Source: Tubiluchus corallicola (lineage: Eukaryota > Animalia > Priapulida). From it: a DNA stretch of 64,000 nt. The notes beneath the pieces are model-generated. The model did no database searches. It saw nothing but the letters and a program-made list of their open reading frames with translations, and was not told where the DNA came from. A program made the translations under genes and the position numbers. Positions 50,612 through 63,557 of the stretch are shown here, in pieces; within the stretch, counting starts at the first letter, position 1; each line of letters starts with the position of its first letter. The stretch lies in assembly GCA_030141605.1 (NCBI GenBank), contig JAQGDQ010000119.1:367005-431004 (forward strand). The letters are read 5' to 3'.

Positions 50612-52414
50612 ATGGACAGCATACCTGAAAAAGATTCTGCTGAAAGTCGAAATACAAATGAATTAGCCGCTATAGACGAAGGGAGTAAAGAATCACAAAT
50701 AAATGCACCTGTTGAAGTTTCTACTTCTCGGGAAGAAGCAAACCTAGAAGTCAGTGGACAAGCTACTGAAGCCAGGGATCATGAAGCATTAGAAACGTCT
50801 GTGGTCAAACAAACAAATGCTACACAGAGCGAGGACAGAAATGTTGGAAGTGATGAGGCACCTGATGCAGAATCTGCACCCGAGCCCGCACCTGCTGAAA
50901 CAGAAGAAACTAAAACAGTGGATGAAAGTGTAAGAAGTAGTTTAGTTGATGAGAGAGAAATTGTAAGTGAAAATGTAGGACAGGAAGAGAAGAAAAATGA
51001 GAACATAAATGGTGCTCTAGATGAGATTCCTTTAACAGCAGAATCTACCCCATTAAAAACTGAAATGCCAGAAAGTGAAAGTGTTCCCAGTGAAGAAACA
51101 AAAACCAACAAATTTATCGACAAAAATGTTACTTCCGAGCTGCCAAAAGAAGATTCAGTGACGAAAGAAGAGGAAGCATCTAAAGCAGAACACGATGATA
51201 ATGAGACAGGGCTTATTGAAAGCATTGTAGTACCTTCACCATTAGAAAGTGCCAAGAAAATAGATGCAACCAGTAAGGTAGAAGGTGATTCAGGGATACA
51301 TAGTGAATACATAGAGTCAGAACTATCAGCACAGTTCACTGACAACTTAGTTCAAAGCAGTAGCACAATAGTAGAAAGTGATGTCAAAGAGGCGGACGTT
51401 GTAGAGACAGCAGGACGACAATTTAGGATTCCTACACTTGTGGCTGACAAAGAAGAACTTCTGCAAGAATATCAAGCACTTCTGGAAGAAGGGGCTAAAA
51501 TAAAAGCTCAATGTTTTGAAATCCAACATCAGTTGAGTGAATATTTTAAAAGGAAAAAGCCTACTAGTGACACCAAAAAATCTGATCATGAAATTACAGT
51601 ACAAGAAGAAAGGTACAAGAGATACATGGTAAATCTTAAAGAGCTGCAGGGGGAGGAGGAAGATTTGAAAGCAATGTACAACCGTCAAATAGAAGAAGCA
51701 AAACATAAGTGTGAGGACATGGTTTCTCTAGTAAAAAAAGAAACTGAACAGTTCAAAGAATTTAAAAGAGAAACAGCACTAAAATCATTTAACACAAGAA
51801 CTGGTAAATGTTTTGAACCAGAAGACATTGAGCATTTATTAGCAAAGGATGCACAAAAGGAAGCAGATGTCGCAGGAATGAGGTTAGAAAACATTACCCT
51901 GAAAAACAAGTTACAAAAGGCCGAGGAGAATCTAAGAGACAAAAAAGAACTAGCCGAAGGTCTTCACCTCATCGACTTTGAGCAGCTCAAGATAGAAAAT
52001 CAAACACACAACGAGAAGATCGAGGAAAGAAACGATGAATTGTTTAGGCTTAGAAAGAAAATCACCAGTACTGTTCAAATACTGACTCACGTAAAAGAGA
52101 AGGTTCTCTTTATGGAAGTAGAAAATAAAAACCAGGTTCACGCATTGTCTAACTTGGATGTTGAAGTGGCTAAGCAGCGTGAGAATCTGAACAGTATCAA
52201 GCAGGAGCGAGATGCTGTGCGTGCCAATAACGAACTGCTACAGAGAAAGTGTGGACTGCTAGGAAATAATATTCTCCTGTACGATTACGAAGATCACAAG
52301 GATGAAATATGCAAACTGACCGCTTATTTAGAGGAATTAAAGCAAAAACATGCAGCGCTATTGTTTTCGAGAATAAATTTAAGTACCAGGCGAACATCTC
52401 TGAATTCAACCTAG
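50612..52414 (+). CDS. CCDC96: Coiled-coil domain-containing protein 96 (CFAP184, DUF4201), intronless CDS
   Basis: Acidic low-complexity N-half followed by QHQLSEYFKRKK, EERY and ELAEGLHLIDFEQLKIENQTHNEKIEERNDELFRLRKK...VQILTHVKEK...CGLLGN. Confidence 0.92.
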   Translation: MDSIPEKDSAESRNTNELAAIDEGSKESQINAPVEVSTSREEANLEVSGQATEARDHEALETSVVKQTNATQSEDRNVGSDEAPDAESAPEPAPAETEETKTVDESVRSSLVDEREIVSENVGQEEKKNENINGALDEIPLTAESTPLKTEMPESESVPSEETKTNKFIDKNVTSELPKEDSVTKEEEASKAEHDDNETGLIESIVVPSPLESAKKIDATSKVEGDSGIHSEYIESELSAQFTDNLVQSSSTIVESDVKEADVVETAGRQFRIPTLVADKEELLQEYQALLEEGAKIKAQCFEIQHQLSEYFKRKKPTSDTKKSDHEITVQEERYKRYMVNLKELQGEEEDLKAMYNRQIEEAKHKCEDMVSLVKKETEQFKEFKRETALKSFNTRTGKCFEPEDIEHLLAKDAQKEADVAGMRLENITLKNKLQKAEENLRDKKELAEGLHLIDFEQLKIENQTHNEKIEERNDELFRLRKKITSTVQILTHVKEKVLFMEVENKNQVHALSNLDVEVAKQRENLNSIKQERDAVRANNELLQRKCGLLGNNILLYDYEDHKDEICKLTAYLEELKQKHAALLFSRINLSTRRTSLNST

Positions 52415-54368
52415 TGCATAGTGCAACTGTGTAATATAACATAGTCGCTGGCATCAAATTTAATTGCCACTTGTATGATTCTGTGACTGCCAGAAAGAGT
52501 CAACTGTGTAAATTTCTGCTCCAAAATTGACTTCAAAGCTGATACTTAAAATGTTTAGTTGTGTACATATAATAAGCTATATGAAATATTAAATCTTATT
52601 GCCTCCTCTCATACACGTGTTGCATTAGTAGTGCATTGAGATAGCTATCAGCATCAGTTAGTGAATACTATTATAATACCATCTCCTGCTTAGCATTAGC
52701 ATTATGTCCCCTTTCCTAAATAGTAAGCAATATCTGCTAGATAGTTTAACTAGTAGTGCTATGTACTGTTGGAATGTAAACCATTTAGCAAATGAGTTAC
52801 CAACCAGAAAAGGTATAGTACAGTGTAGGATTTTATTGTATATGTACAAAACAAATACTTTCCTGTAGATATTAACAACTCACTTACAGATTATAATACT
52901 GTAAAATTTTTAACAAATCAAAAATCACTGTATAGATTCATTTCTCTTGTACTAAACATTACTAATCCCCCCCCCCCCCCACATCATGACATGGCTCCAT
53001 CGTCCTTCAAAAAGTACCTATATCATGCTGGCAGGACTACACATAGTACTTGTAATTTTGACTATAAAACCATTCCACCTCTCATTCAACATAGGGATGA
53101 TTGAATGGATTCAAAATATCTATGTACATTGCATACATGTTAAAAATTTCAATACATTTATTTTCAGTCTAGTAAAACAATTATTTGTCATCTCTTACAG
53201 TCTTACAATTTATGATTTAACCTCTCACAAACTATCTATAATATAGCCAAAATGTTTTCTGATAGTATTGTGTTTAGAAAATTGCTCGTGTAATTGGTCA
53301 ACAAGACTAAAAACACATAATTTTGCAAGCCACATTAACTACAACTGTTTTGAAGCAAAACTTTCTGCAGGAAACAACTACTCATAAAAACTCTAAAATA
53401 ACTCAAAAAATGCAAAATATATTTGCTAGAACAAGATAGGCAAACAACAACAAAAAGTGCAATAAGTTCTGTTATGATACAGTACCACATTTACATCAAA
53501 ACTTAACAATTATTATTAATGACATGATTGCAGATCCAAATTCTAGGCTTCATAGAATTACCTGTTCTGTTACATAATTGCAATTTTATCTAATTTGTAC
53601 TCGCAGTTACAAATTTACACATTGTTATTTTCAGTTTCAGTTTATTTTTTTCATAAGGAAATAAATTTTCCTAACGAACGCGCTTAGGCAAGATAAACAT
53701 GCAGCAGTCAAATCTTACACCACTCACGTTGTGACTTCAGAAAAAGTTGGCATTGAGTGAATTTGGCATTATAACGAAGTGCATTTCTATGCAAATATAG
53801 ATGTTTTGTTTTGCTAAAAAACTGGGCATTAAGCGAGGTTAGGATTACAAAGTGATATATTATAGTGAGGTTTGACTGTATTGTAATGCTTCCAGAAATA
53901 ACCTAGTTGTCACTAATTGTTAATTAGAGCTAGTTTTTTAAAATACTTAAAACAAATTCTTCTTTCGGCACAAGGTGTGACCTTTACATAATGGTACAAA
54001 GGGCAAAAGAAATGTCTGTAAAGCAAGGCCTTATATAAAAGTGCGTGGGCAGAGTAATTTTAGTTACATTGCTTAATCTACTGCTCTTTAGAAATTATCT
54101 ATAAAGATAATTATCAGTACAGCACAGAAATATATTATTCAAACAGATATGAAATGAATGACAACAAACAATAGACTTGCACGAACTGTAACAGAATATG
54201 AGAATAAAAGGGAGTACTTTTCAAATTTAGATTTTGCTAATTACAAATTTGGTCTCAGCAAATAATATACTAGTTACTAAATATCTATTGTCTAGCTACA
54301 AATCACAGAAGAATTGCTTGTTGCTCTAAGACATTTAATTTTCCATAAACGCATGGTCAAATCTGATT

Positions 54369-57300
54369 TCATCTTCTCCAAATCCTGAAAAATTTGTCAT
54401 TAACAATTTAGAAAATTCGGCAGCATGCAAACATCATTTCACAACTTAATTTTGAACTGAAATTTTAAATACAGCTTTGCAAAGCAAATTATGTAAAAAT
54501 ATGAGCTACGCCAAAAATATGCAACCCTTGATTAACCATTACACATGCCTGGGCCTCGGGGAAAGTGGGCCCCACACAGTTTTTTTCAAATCGAATAATT
54601 ACTCAAAAGGAAAATATGCCGGAATATGTTTCTGTGTTTGTTTACATATGATAGTATAAATGAGCATTGAGATTCTTGCTACAAAGCAGCCTGAGCTACC
54701 CATTGCCCATATGATGACACTGATTGATTATATAATATATTTCAAGTGTGGTGATGTGGCAATACTGAAAACAAGATAATATTGCTTTTTATGCGACGTA
54801 AAAGTGATGTCCTAGCATCCACCATAAATAAATCTCACTACAAGTCTTAATTTCATTTCGAAAGGTAAAATTTCAATTACAGTTTAGTATTGTTTTTATT
54901 CTGAGTTACACATATATGGGGGTATCATAATCTTTTTGTAGCAGTTTCATGATCTCTAAATAGTATTTAAAGTGTCTTGAGGTCTTAACCTGGCCTTGAC
55001 GCCATGTACGTACTAAAAACCGCATAACTAACTACTACATATACCTTGCTCTCCGACGGCGTGTCATGTGCAAAACCCAGTGAACTATAAACGGCCAGAC
55101 TATCAGCATCAGAATAGTTCTTCCGTGCATTTTGGGAAATAACCAAGACCAGAATCCCTGCATAATAAGCAAAACGGTTAGAACTTGAGTCATTTTTAGA
55201 AATGTTATTAAATACAGTCAAAAAACTTTATACTGCCCACTTTGGAATGGGAGAAAAAGTTGTCACAATAGTGAGTCTGACATTATAATGAGGTGTGTTA
55301 AATTTTTTCTATAGACAAATCGCAGAACAGTGAGACAAGTGTACGCAGGTTACAGTCCTCCATTTTAGTCTAAAGGTTAATTAACTAAAACAAATTCAAA
55401 ATCAATCAGCTTTATAAACAACATTTTGTTTACATAATAAACAACTCAGCTGTACTTGTAATAGGCTGTAGGCATAAAACAGTATACATAAAAAAAGGTT
55501 GTCATAACTACAAATTTTTTACTAGGATTTGCATGAATGATTCTTAGAAAACAAGCGAATATCACATTTCTCGTGGTGAAGAAAGAACTACTGCGTGGCG
55601 CATACTGAAAATAATATCACAGCTACCAATCCTTTACTACAAATTTTTTACTAGGATTTGCTTGAATGATTCTTAGAAAACAAGCGAATATCACATTTCT
55701 TGTGGTGAAGAAAGAACCACTGCGTGGCGCATACTGACAATAATATCACAGCTACCAATCCTTTACTAGAAATTTTTTACTATTTCCCCATTAAGATTAT
55801 ATTATTTTATCTGGCGGGTAGCGGAAGGCAGTATAACGGGTTATTTTTAAATGTAGTTTAACACGGTTATTTTGTTCCAGGCCATTTTGCAGGCTGTAAA
55901 TGAGTTTGGCAGTGTAACGAGGTTTGACTGTAGCTATGAAAGCAACAAAGTTGCAAACATGGAAATCAATGATTTTTAAAAACTGCTTTAAATGGTATAA
56001 AAACTTTCATTTGCCAAATATTTTTCAACTTGTAATAATAATCATGTTGGTCACAGTGAGAATTTCATATATGTACTCCAATGAAGGAAAGAGATAACAC
56101 ATTAGCAAACAGCAGTACATATAAGCTGTGGTGAAGATGGGAAAATTATATCTGATAAATAAATAACTTAGAGACGTAAAAACTTGTAAGACAGGTAGTC
56201 ATGGCGGTCATGCAAAACAACCATTGGTGAGACCTCAGACAAAGAAAAAATCAATCTAACCTCTCGAGCTTTTTCATCATGTGCTGCTTGTGCCTGCACC
56301 TGATTAAACTGATACTGTGTTAGAGCCTGATGCTGTGCAATGGTAAGCGTCTCCAAAGCACTGAGTCGGGTCAGAACATGTTCCATATCTTGCTGTAACC
56401 TATGCAAGGTTGCCGCTATCTGTTCTGTTACATCTGTTCGAAGTGTTCCTATTAAAAAGACATCGATCAACATAGAAAATCAGTAAACAGGCACAACAAA
56501 ACATCTTTTTATCTCACAAACGTTGTTTTAAGTTTACAGATCGCTTGCTGTCAGAGCACAGAATTACTAATTAGTTCTCTTAATGTAACAAATGAAGGAA
56601 CGATGAATGCAGACATTTTAGCAATTAATTTTACAGCCACGAGATAAACTGGCATGCCATCATCACGCTGGGCAACGATTTTCTATTATTATCGTATGGG
56701 AAAGTCAGCTGGCTAATCGAGCCTTGTGATTGCGTAAACATCTGTGTCTTTTGCAAGCAGTATGAAGACCAACTGAACATGAAATTTTTAAATTAAACAT
56801 GATAAAAACTCAACTGTGTAGACATGCTTGGTCACTATAAAAGGGAAACAAAAACGTAGGCCAAAGAAAATATGAATTTCTTGCATTTATATGATTATAA
56901 AATCTCACTGGCTTCAACCAATGATTTTGCCCAGTCTGCACAGCACTATCAAGCACAAGAAAAACAAGGTAAGCACTTATGCCGAAGCACCATATTTAAC
57001 GAACCAGCACTTTTGTTTGCACAACGAAGTACGACATGCTAGATATCTATACCAGTTCTACTATGTAATACCAGCATATAGTACTACAGTCACAAATAAT
57101 GTAAGACGTAAAGTACTATACATGTAGGTACTAATCATCAGACGAGAAAACAATTATCGCTGTACAGCTCAATATCAAATTAGTTAAACCTACACTGGGA
57201 CTGCAAAAAAAGGTGGCGTTATAGCGAGTTTGGCATTATACCAACATGCATTAATACATACATGTCTATGTAAATATAGATACTTTGTTTTGCTAAAAAT

Positions 57301-58356
57301 ATGGCCGTTAAGCGAGGTTAGCATTATAAGGGGGCGTTATAATGAGGTTTGAACTTTGATTGTACAATTTTCGTAACAGGGGGAAAAGTGAAATTACCTC
57401 TCGGGTCCTGTCCCCCTCCTGCACCTGCTGCACCCCCTGATGTCGGGAACAGACTTGCATCACCACTGCTGCCTCCTGGTGGCCCAGCATCGCCGGTTGT
57501 TGCTGGAGTATCTAAAAATATTAGAAGTATCAAAGAATGGTCTAAATGAGAATTACGCTCAGCAGCTTTATTTATTATTGTCGGTACATGATAGCAATAT
57601 TTGCCACAACTAAGCCATTTGGCACACAAAGATAGCTAGAAACGTGTCTTTACTGTGATTTCTGTACTGCTCCAAGAAAGCTTTTACTAAACTTACAGGG
57701 GAAACTTGATTGTTTAAAAAATGTATGTGTAACAGGCTACTGCACGAAATTAACCAAAATTTGGAAAGGTCGTGGAAAGACCAACTCCTCAGAACAATTC
57801 TAAGCAGCATGCTCAGCTTAGCTCTTATGTCTGGTGCCCAAAGAAAATGTATGCAAAAGAAAGCACATCAAGGCCTAAGACCGGATGTAAGTTAAATGTG
57901 TTTACAATTAACTGTGATTACTAATACGATACTAAGTCGTTTTTTCCATTGCATGTACGTGTACTTAAAATTACATTACATTTATTCGATTTTCAAGTCA
58001 AATTAACCACCTGGTGCACTAGTCCCCGGGGCTCGCATACTTCCACGCGCCTGCCGACTTCTACTGTCCTCCCCTCCACCTCTCACGACCTTCATTTGAG
58101 GTGTTAAATCTCCCATGGCATGACTAGTTTCAGGAGTGACTGGCAACCCTTCCGACAGAGTTGACTCGTCCTGTGATGAAGAAGAGGCATTCCTCTCATG
58201 TGGCAGTGACTGATGCGTTACAATCTCGTTTTGTTCCTCTGTTATGGACTTATTCCAGACGTCTGTTTCAGAATGAATTTGAACGTCACTGCCAACACTG
58301 TTTATGTAAGATGAAGAAGTGCTTGCAGCATTTTGTGGTAAAACTTTTACACGAAC
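54369..58356 (-). CDS. ACBD5: Acyl-CoA-binding domain protein 5/4, last five coding exons (ACB-domain exons not seen in window)
   Basis: Exons 58356-58011, 57511-57398, 56448-56261, 55157-55045, 54384-54369, phase-consistent. Motifs RGGGED, coiled coil EQIAATLHRLQQDMEHVLTRLSALETLT and tail anchor ILMLIVWPFIVHWVL followed by RRRRARIWRR*. Confidence 0.88.
55507..55782 (+). repeat. Tandem duplication, 129-bp unit x ~2.1, in an ACBD5 intron
   Basis: ACTACAAATTTTTTACTAGG... starts at 55507 and 55636, with a partial copy at 55765. Confidence 0.95.
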
Positions 58357-58592
58357 CTGGTAAAAATAAATTAGAGTGACAATTATATAGTTGTAGATTG
58401 TTATAACACATTTAGTTAATTATTAAATCGCAAATTTGTCTCGATTTTTAAACTCACAGAAAAGGAACTGATATATGTGGGAATAATGTAAGACAGCAAT
58501 AATGTAAGAGTGCCAAATACAAAGAAGAAAGTTGGAAAAAACAGTGTGAATTATATGATTAGACTAGTAAATCTTTCACCAATACTTAGCAT

Positions 58593-59114
58593 CAGTGGCG
58601 CAGCTAATAGGGAAGCAATGGGAGCAACCGCTACCCCCAGGCAAATGTTTCAGAATTGGCACCCTTTATACAACCTGTAGTATAAAGTGATTATATGTAA
58701 TTTTTTAGCTCTACTGCTGGATGGATGACAGGCAGTGACCTGTTTGAGGACTTAGTTCCTTGCTGTAATCCATGGCACACAATGGTAGGCACAACCTTCA
58801 TATTGATTATGGCTATAAAATTTTACTGTTTACTTTTTACTCATGTATTTATTTCTTGTGCCTAATAAATAATAATAATAATAATAATAAATGAATTTAC
58901 GCAACTCATTTGTCTATGTTAGCTGATCGATCCAAGGATAAAATTGCCCCAAATCTAATTATTCTAATGTATTCTTGTTACACACTGATGCTGCCTATTT
59001 TAGCATAAACAAACATATAATTGTTTCATGTGTCACGGCACCTTTTTAGTATGTGTCACATCTCCTTTTTTATGTGCTTGCTCCCCCTAACTTTAGGACC
59101 TGGGTACGCCCCTG
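58593..59114. mobile_element. hAT-like MITE
   Basis: Ends CAGTGGCGCAGCTA / TGGGTACGCCCCTG; flanking 8-mers are only partly matched. Confidence 0.55.
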
Positions 59115-59876
59115 CTTGTCACCATTAGCTAGGCCAAGCAACAAGGGTTGTTTTTATGGATATTATCTAGCTTTTTCATCTTGTGCCCATGCAAATCACC
59201 TTATGCCCATCTGCCATCAGCTAAAAACGGAATTAATTATAATCTTTGCTGCAGGAACATTGTAGTATGTTGAAGCAAATGCACAGTTAGCAAATTTTTT
59301 GAAACCAAACTTGATTGAAGGAGTCAAAATTGAAAGAAGTCCAAATGAAGCTTGGATTTAAACAGGAACTTCAGGTCAAAAGTCTGATAATATGAACACT
59401 ACATCATTAGACTTCATGGTCATAATTATTGTGGTCAGTCTAAGTGGTCCATATGCCCACTAAACCAAACAGCACATTGTTTAATTGCTTAACGTATTCT
59501 GTACATAATCAATCATAAATTCACAATACAGATGGGCGAAACATGGATTTGAACTAGGGACTGTCGGATCGCAAGTATAACCACATGACTAATCTTAATT
59601 CTAACAGCTACATTGCTAACCAGCCCAGCATTTCCAGTTTGACACTTGGACTAAAGATTTCATTCAATCAGCAAGTACAGGCAGTAATTTTACTAGGCAA
59701 TAATAAACTGTTAAGAAAGATGCCTAACTGTGCCAAGGTCATTGGAATTTGTCATGCTGCTAAGCGCGCAGCCCCCGCTGAAAACTTTGCCCAGTCAAAC
59801 GGGGATAGAAAATTGTCTCTAGGTTACACACTACGCATAGAACTGCTAAACGGGTAGAAACGGAACAACGTGTAAC

Positions 59877-62800
59877 ATGGCTCCGGTACTAGCATACTGG
59901 AAGATAAGAGGGGTATGATTCTTTTCAACTTTTAATTTGTGAAATTTATTTATTCTGAATAAAGCTTGTTTGCGTAATCGTTCGTAATATTACACACGTG
60001 GTACGCTACCGTATGTACAGTCTGAGTAGCAAGCCAGCAACGTGCAAGATGGTTCCCGTACTAGCATACTGGAAAGTCAGAGCGGTAGGTTTTTTGCATC
60101 TGTAACTGGTGAATTGCAATCAACATTATGATAATACATGTACTTGTTTTCAATACCGTGGATACGGTACATCATCTTCACTAAAATCGGCGAGCACACA
60201 GACATCAATAAAAAGAACACACGAATTTATTTTACTTGTAAATCATACTATATATAGATCATTTACTTGTCGGGACTTCTTTACACTTTCGTTGTCTTTG
60301 ATTGCAATTTTAACTGCAATACTTCGTTGACGTTTTACTTGTGTGTGTGTTTTTTTTTCAGCTTGCTCAACCGATCAGGATGATGTTAGAATACGCAGGA
60401 GTTGAATTCGAAGACAAGAAGTACGAAGCCGGGGGCGGTATGCAAAATCAATAGCACTGATCAAGAGTTGAACACAAACAGCCAAGTAGCTATAGCCTAT
60501 TGTATTTATGCAAAAAAGTTCGGGTGTTGATCAGTCGCCTAGCTAGTTGCTCCTCCTGAACACATTTTTCAAAATTGCTGCCTTTTCAACAATTTTTTTA
60601 CTCTTCGGTTCAAAGTCGAATCTTTTTTATGGGGTATTATAAAGATAAAAAGCGAACATACAAAATGTACGTGTATTGGTACTATATAGACTAGCAAAAG
60701 ACTCACAAAATATTTGTTCATTAAATGGATTTACAATCAATAATGCACAAATGTTCCACATGGTGTTTATCAACCTTTTTTACCGGTGCTGGTGGTGGCA
60801 GTGGCAAAAGACAGACAAACACATACGTACCAAGTCCCTTATAGAGCTATACAAATTAATAAGCAAAGGTTATAGACAGCGTTACAGAGTTTTGCAAGCA
60901 ATATTTACTTGAAATGGAACTTGGAACTAACTCGTAGCTGTGTGCCATGGTGGAGATCACAAAATAGAAGTACTAAACACTCCCTCTGAGACCTCCATGA
61001 AGTGCTTCATGAAAATTTTTTGTATGTGGCATTCTGTCAAGTTTTGTGAAAAAAGAACCGGCGAAAAGATTTCCATTTTAGCACCCTATGCTTGCCTTTC
61101 TTCACAAAGTTTCTTGTTTTCATTTGTGCCACTTTTATCTAGGCCATTTTTAACTACATTCAGATTTACTGAAGGTTCTAAGCAGCAGTTTACTTAACAA
61201 GCAAAATTATTATGCTTAATCTCGTTTCTTCTAGCACCAGATTATGATTTGAGTGATTGGCTGAAGGAAAAGTTTTCACTGGGTTTGGATTTTCCAAATG
61301 TAAGTTAAACCAGAGTTACATAGTCCATAATTTTTGCAATTAAATAAACAGACCATAAAAAAATTCGTATACATCAATTTTTTAAAATAAAAGTGTAATT
61401 TTGGAAACCAGTGTAAGTAATGTCATGCTAATGGATATGCTGATTACATATCTGTTCTCTTTGAAATTGTGTAATATGGTTAAATAAATTTCCATCACGT
61501 GGTAGTACATTTCTGCATGTACATGTGTAGTATGTAGTAGCTCAAAATAAACAAATGTGCAACTATATCTTGTCAGCCAGAAAGACAGAAGTTATCTGTT
61601 TATTTAGCTCCTCGCGATGCAGGTAAACCAAAGGTTAACTCGGATCGACTGTAGTCCAATGATTACACAGCTTTAAACAAAGTTTGTGACTTTATAATTT
61701 GTTAGCGATGTAGTAGACGAAAAAGAGAAGAAAGATTTTAAACTGAGTATGACAGGACTCCTGAAACTGTAGACACAACAATAAGCATTTTCACAGTTTC
61801 TTTGTGTGCACGCATACTTGCTGTAGGTCAAAGGTTAAGTGTACCACACCAACGCATCTTAACTACAACTGACACGAGGGTAAAGCAAAGCCGCCTGCCA
61901 CATCAGTTCTGTAATTTCGAGTAGTTTTATGTGGACTTTTCTTAATATGCATTAATTAGGCTGTGTTTAGTGTAATTTACTAGCAGGATCTTGCTTGGGA
62001 ACAAGAAAAAATGAACTAGGTAAGGTTTTAGCTAGCTGTTAAAACTGTTACTATTACAGCAGCATCGGCTGTGAAATTGCATAAATGCATTGTTTGGTAC
62101 TCTTAACCTGTGACCTTTTCACAATAATCATCAGTTGCTGGAACTAAAAAGGCTCATTAACTGCCTGGCACGGCACAACAATGAATGCTTGAAATTTTAA
62201 ATACAGAATTGTGAGTCATGGTTACAAGCAGGAAAGCCATGGCAAAAACAGCAAATAGAAAAGCATGTATTTGCTTAAAAATAGTGAGGGGAGAAATCTG
62301 TAATGCGGTTATGATCTCGTCATGTAACAGACACTGAAAGAATCATTTTCGAATATGTTTAATGTCCAAGGGTCCAGTTTCACAAAGCCATCACTAACTC
62401 ATAGACATTATTATTAGTTTAGTGAATATATTAACAACATCGTTAATTTAGTGGCAGCTTTGTGAAATGGGCCCCAGGGGTTTGAAACTGAACATTTTCG
62501 ACACCCGAACAAACCTATACATCAAAATGTGCTACATCCAAACAAGACTCAAAATAAAGGTAAGAAAATAGGCATGTGATCACTGATCATAGCGTATGTT
62601 TAGCAACCAAAGGCAACTAATGCTGACCTTGGAGGCAAGTGGATGAATGACCAACAGAAAAAATGCTTATCTGTTATACTTCCTCTGGCTATTCAAATCA
62701 GACGCCAGAAATTGTCATGCATCTGAAATTTGCTAAGGGACCTAGCTGATAGTATTTCTTCTTGGAGAACTACGACTGGTAATCAGCCAGGTTCTGTATT

Positions 62801-63557
62801 GCAACAACCAATGACAATAAATAGGCCCTGCTACTGAGCGTCGGATTCTAACTTGAAGAGCGTAGAACTATACAAAGTCACTAAACCAAGAGCTGCCCAG
62901 AAAATATCTAAATATTTAATTACTTTGTCACCAGATGTCAGCACAGATCCATTTACATTAGGATGGGAAAGAACCATTTAGCTAAAACTGAGCTCTTGTT
63001 TCTGTTTCAGTTGCCATACTATATCGACGGTGATGTGAAGATTACACAGTGTAATGCTATCCTTCGCTATTTGGGACGAAAGCATAATTTAGGTACAGCT
63101 TTGGCCAATTTAATAATATTGATAAAAATCAGTTGCTATTTTTTAGCAATTTGGTTAGCAGCTAAATGAAACTTATGTCCCAAACATGCAATGTTCTTGT
63201 TTTTTGGTAGTTTTTCAAACTTTAAACTATCTCCAGAAATTCCATATGTTCAATATAAGGATTTTTAAGTGAAGGTAATTCATGCATAGGCAGTATTTGA
63301 ACCAGTGATCTTTCGTTTACAAGGCAGGGCTTTTTGCTGCTACTGATTATTGCAAGAATTCAACTAAGATTCTTGCAGAAATGAAAAGCAACTAGTTTAA
63401 TATTTAAAAATCACAAAGTTGAAAGATTCAAAATAAACCTCTTGCAGAAGCAAAGACGGAAGAAGAGCGAATCAAACAGGACGTGCTGACTGACTACGCA
63501 GCTGACATGAAATGGGCTTTCATACGTATGACATACAATCTTTACAAACAGGGCTAT
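59877..63557 (+). CDS. Glutathione S-transferase, mu class (3' exons beyond window); two alternative first exons
   Basis: Exon 1a 59877-59912 ([12 protein letters not shown]), 1b 60049-60084 ([12 protein letters not shown]), then 60362-60437, 61235-61299 (mu loop [10 protein letters not shown]...GLDFPN), 63011-63092 ([24 protein letters not shown]) and 63448-63557. Exon sizes 36/76/65/82 match vertebrate GSTM genes as recalled. Confidence 0.93.
61788..62135 (+). mobile_element. Dispersed ~300-bp repeat family, copy 3 (GST intron)
   Basis: Aligns with 33203-33508. Confidence 0.85.
62370..62474. mobile_element. Short Harbinger-like MITE related to 8612-10281
   Basis: GGGTCCAGTTTCACAAAGCCATCACTAA ... 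TTAGTGGCAGCTTTGTGAAATGGGCCC. Confidence 0.75.

Noticed and set aside
54985-55221. 78-aa ORF from the track
   Set aside because: Wrong frame; the real coding segment is the ACBD5 tail-anchor exon 55157-55045.
59530-59600. Minus-strand tRNA-like sequence
   Set aside because: Only a degenerate B-box is visible; no cloverleaf.
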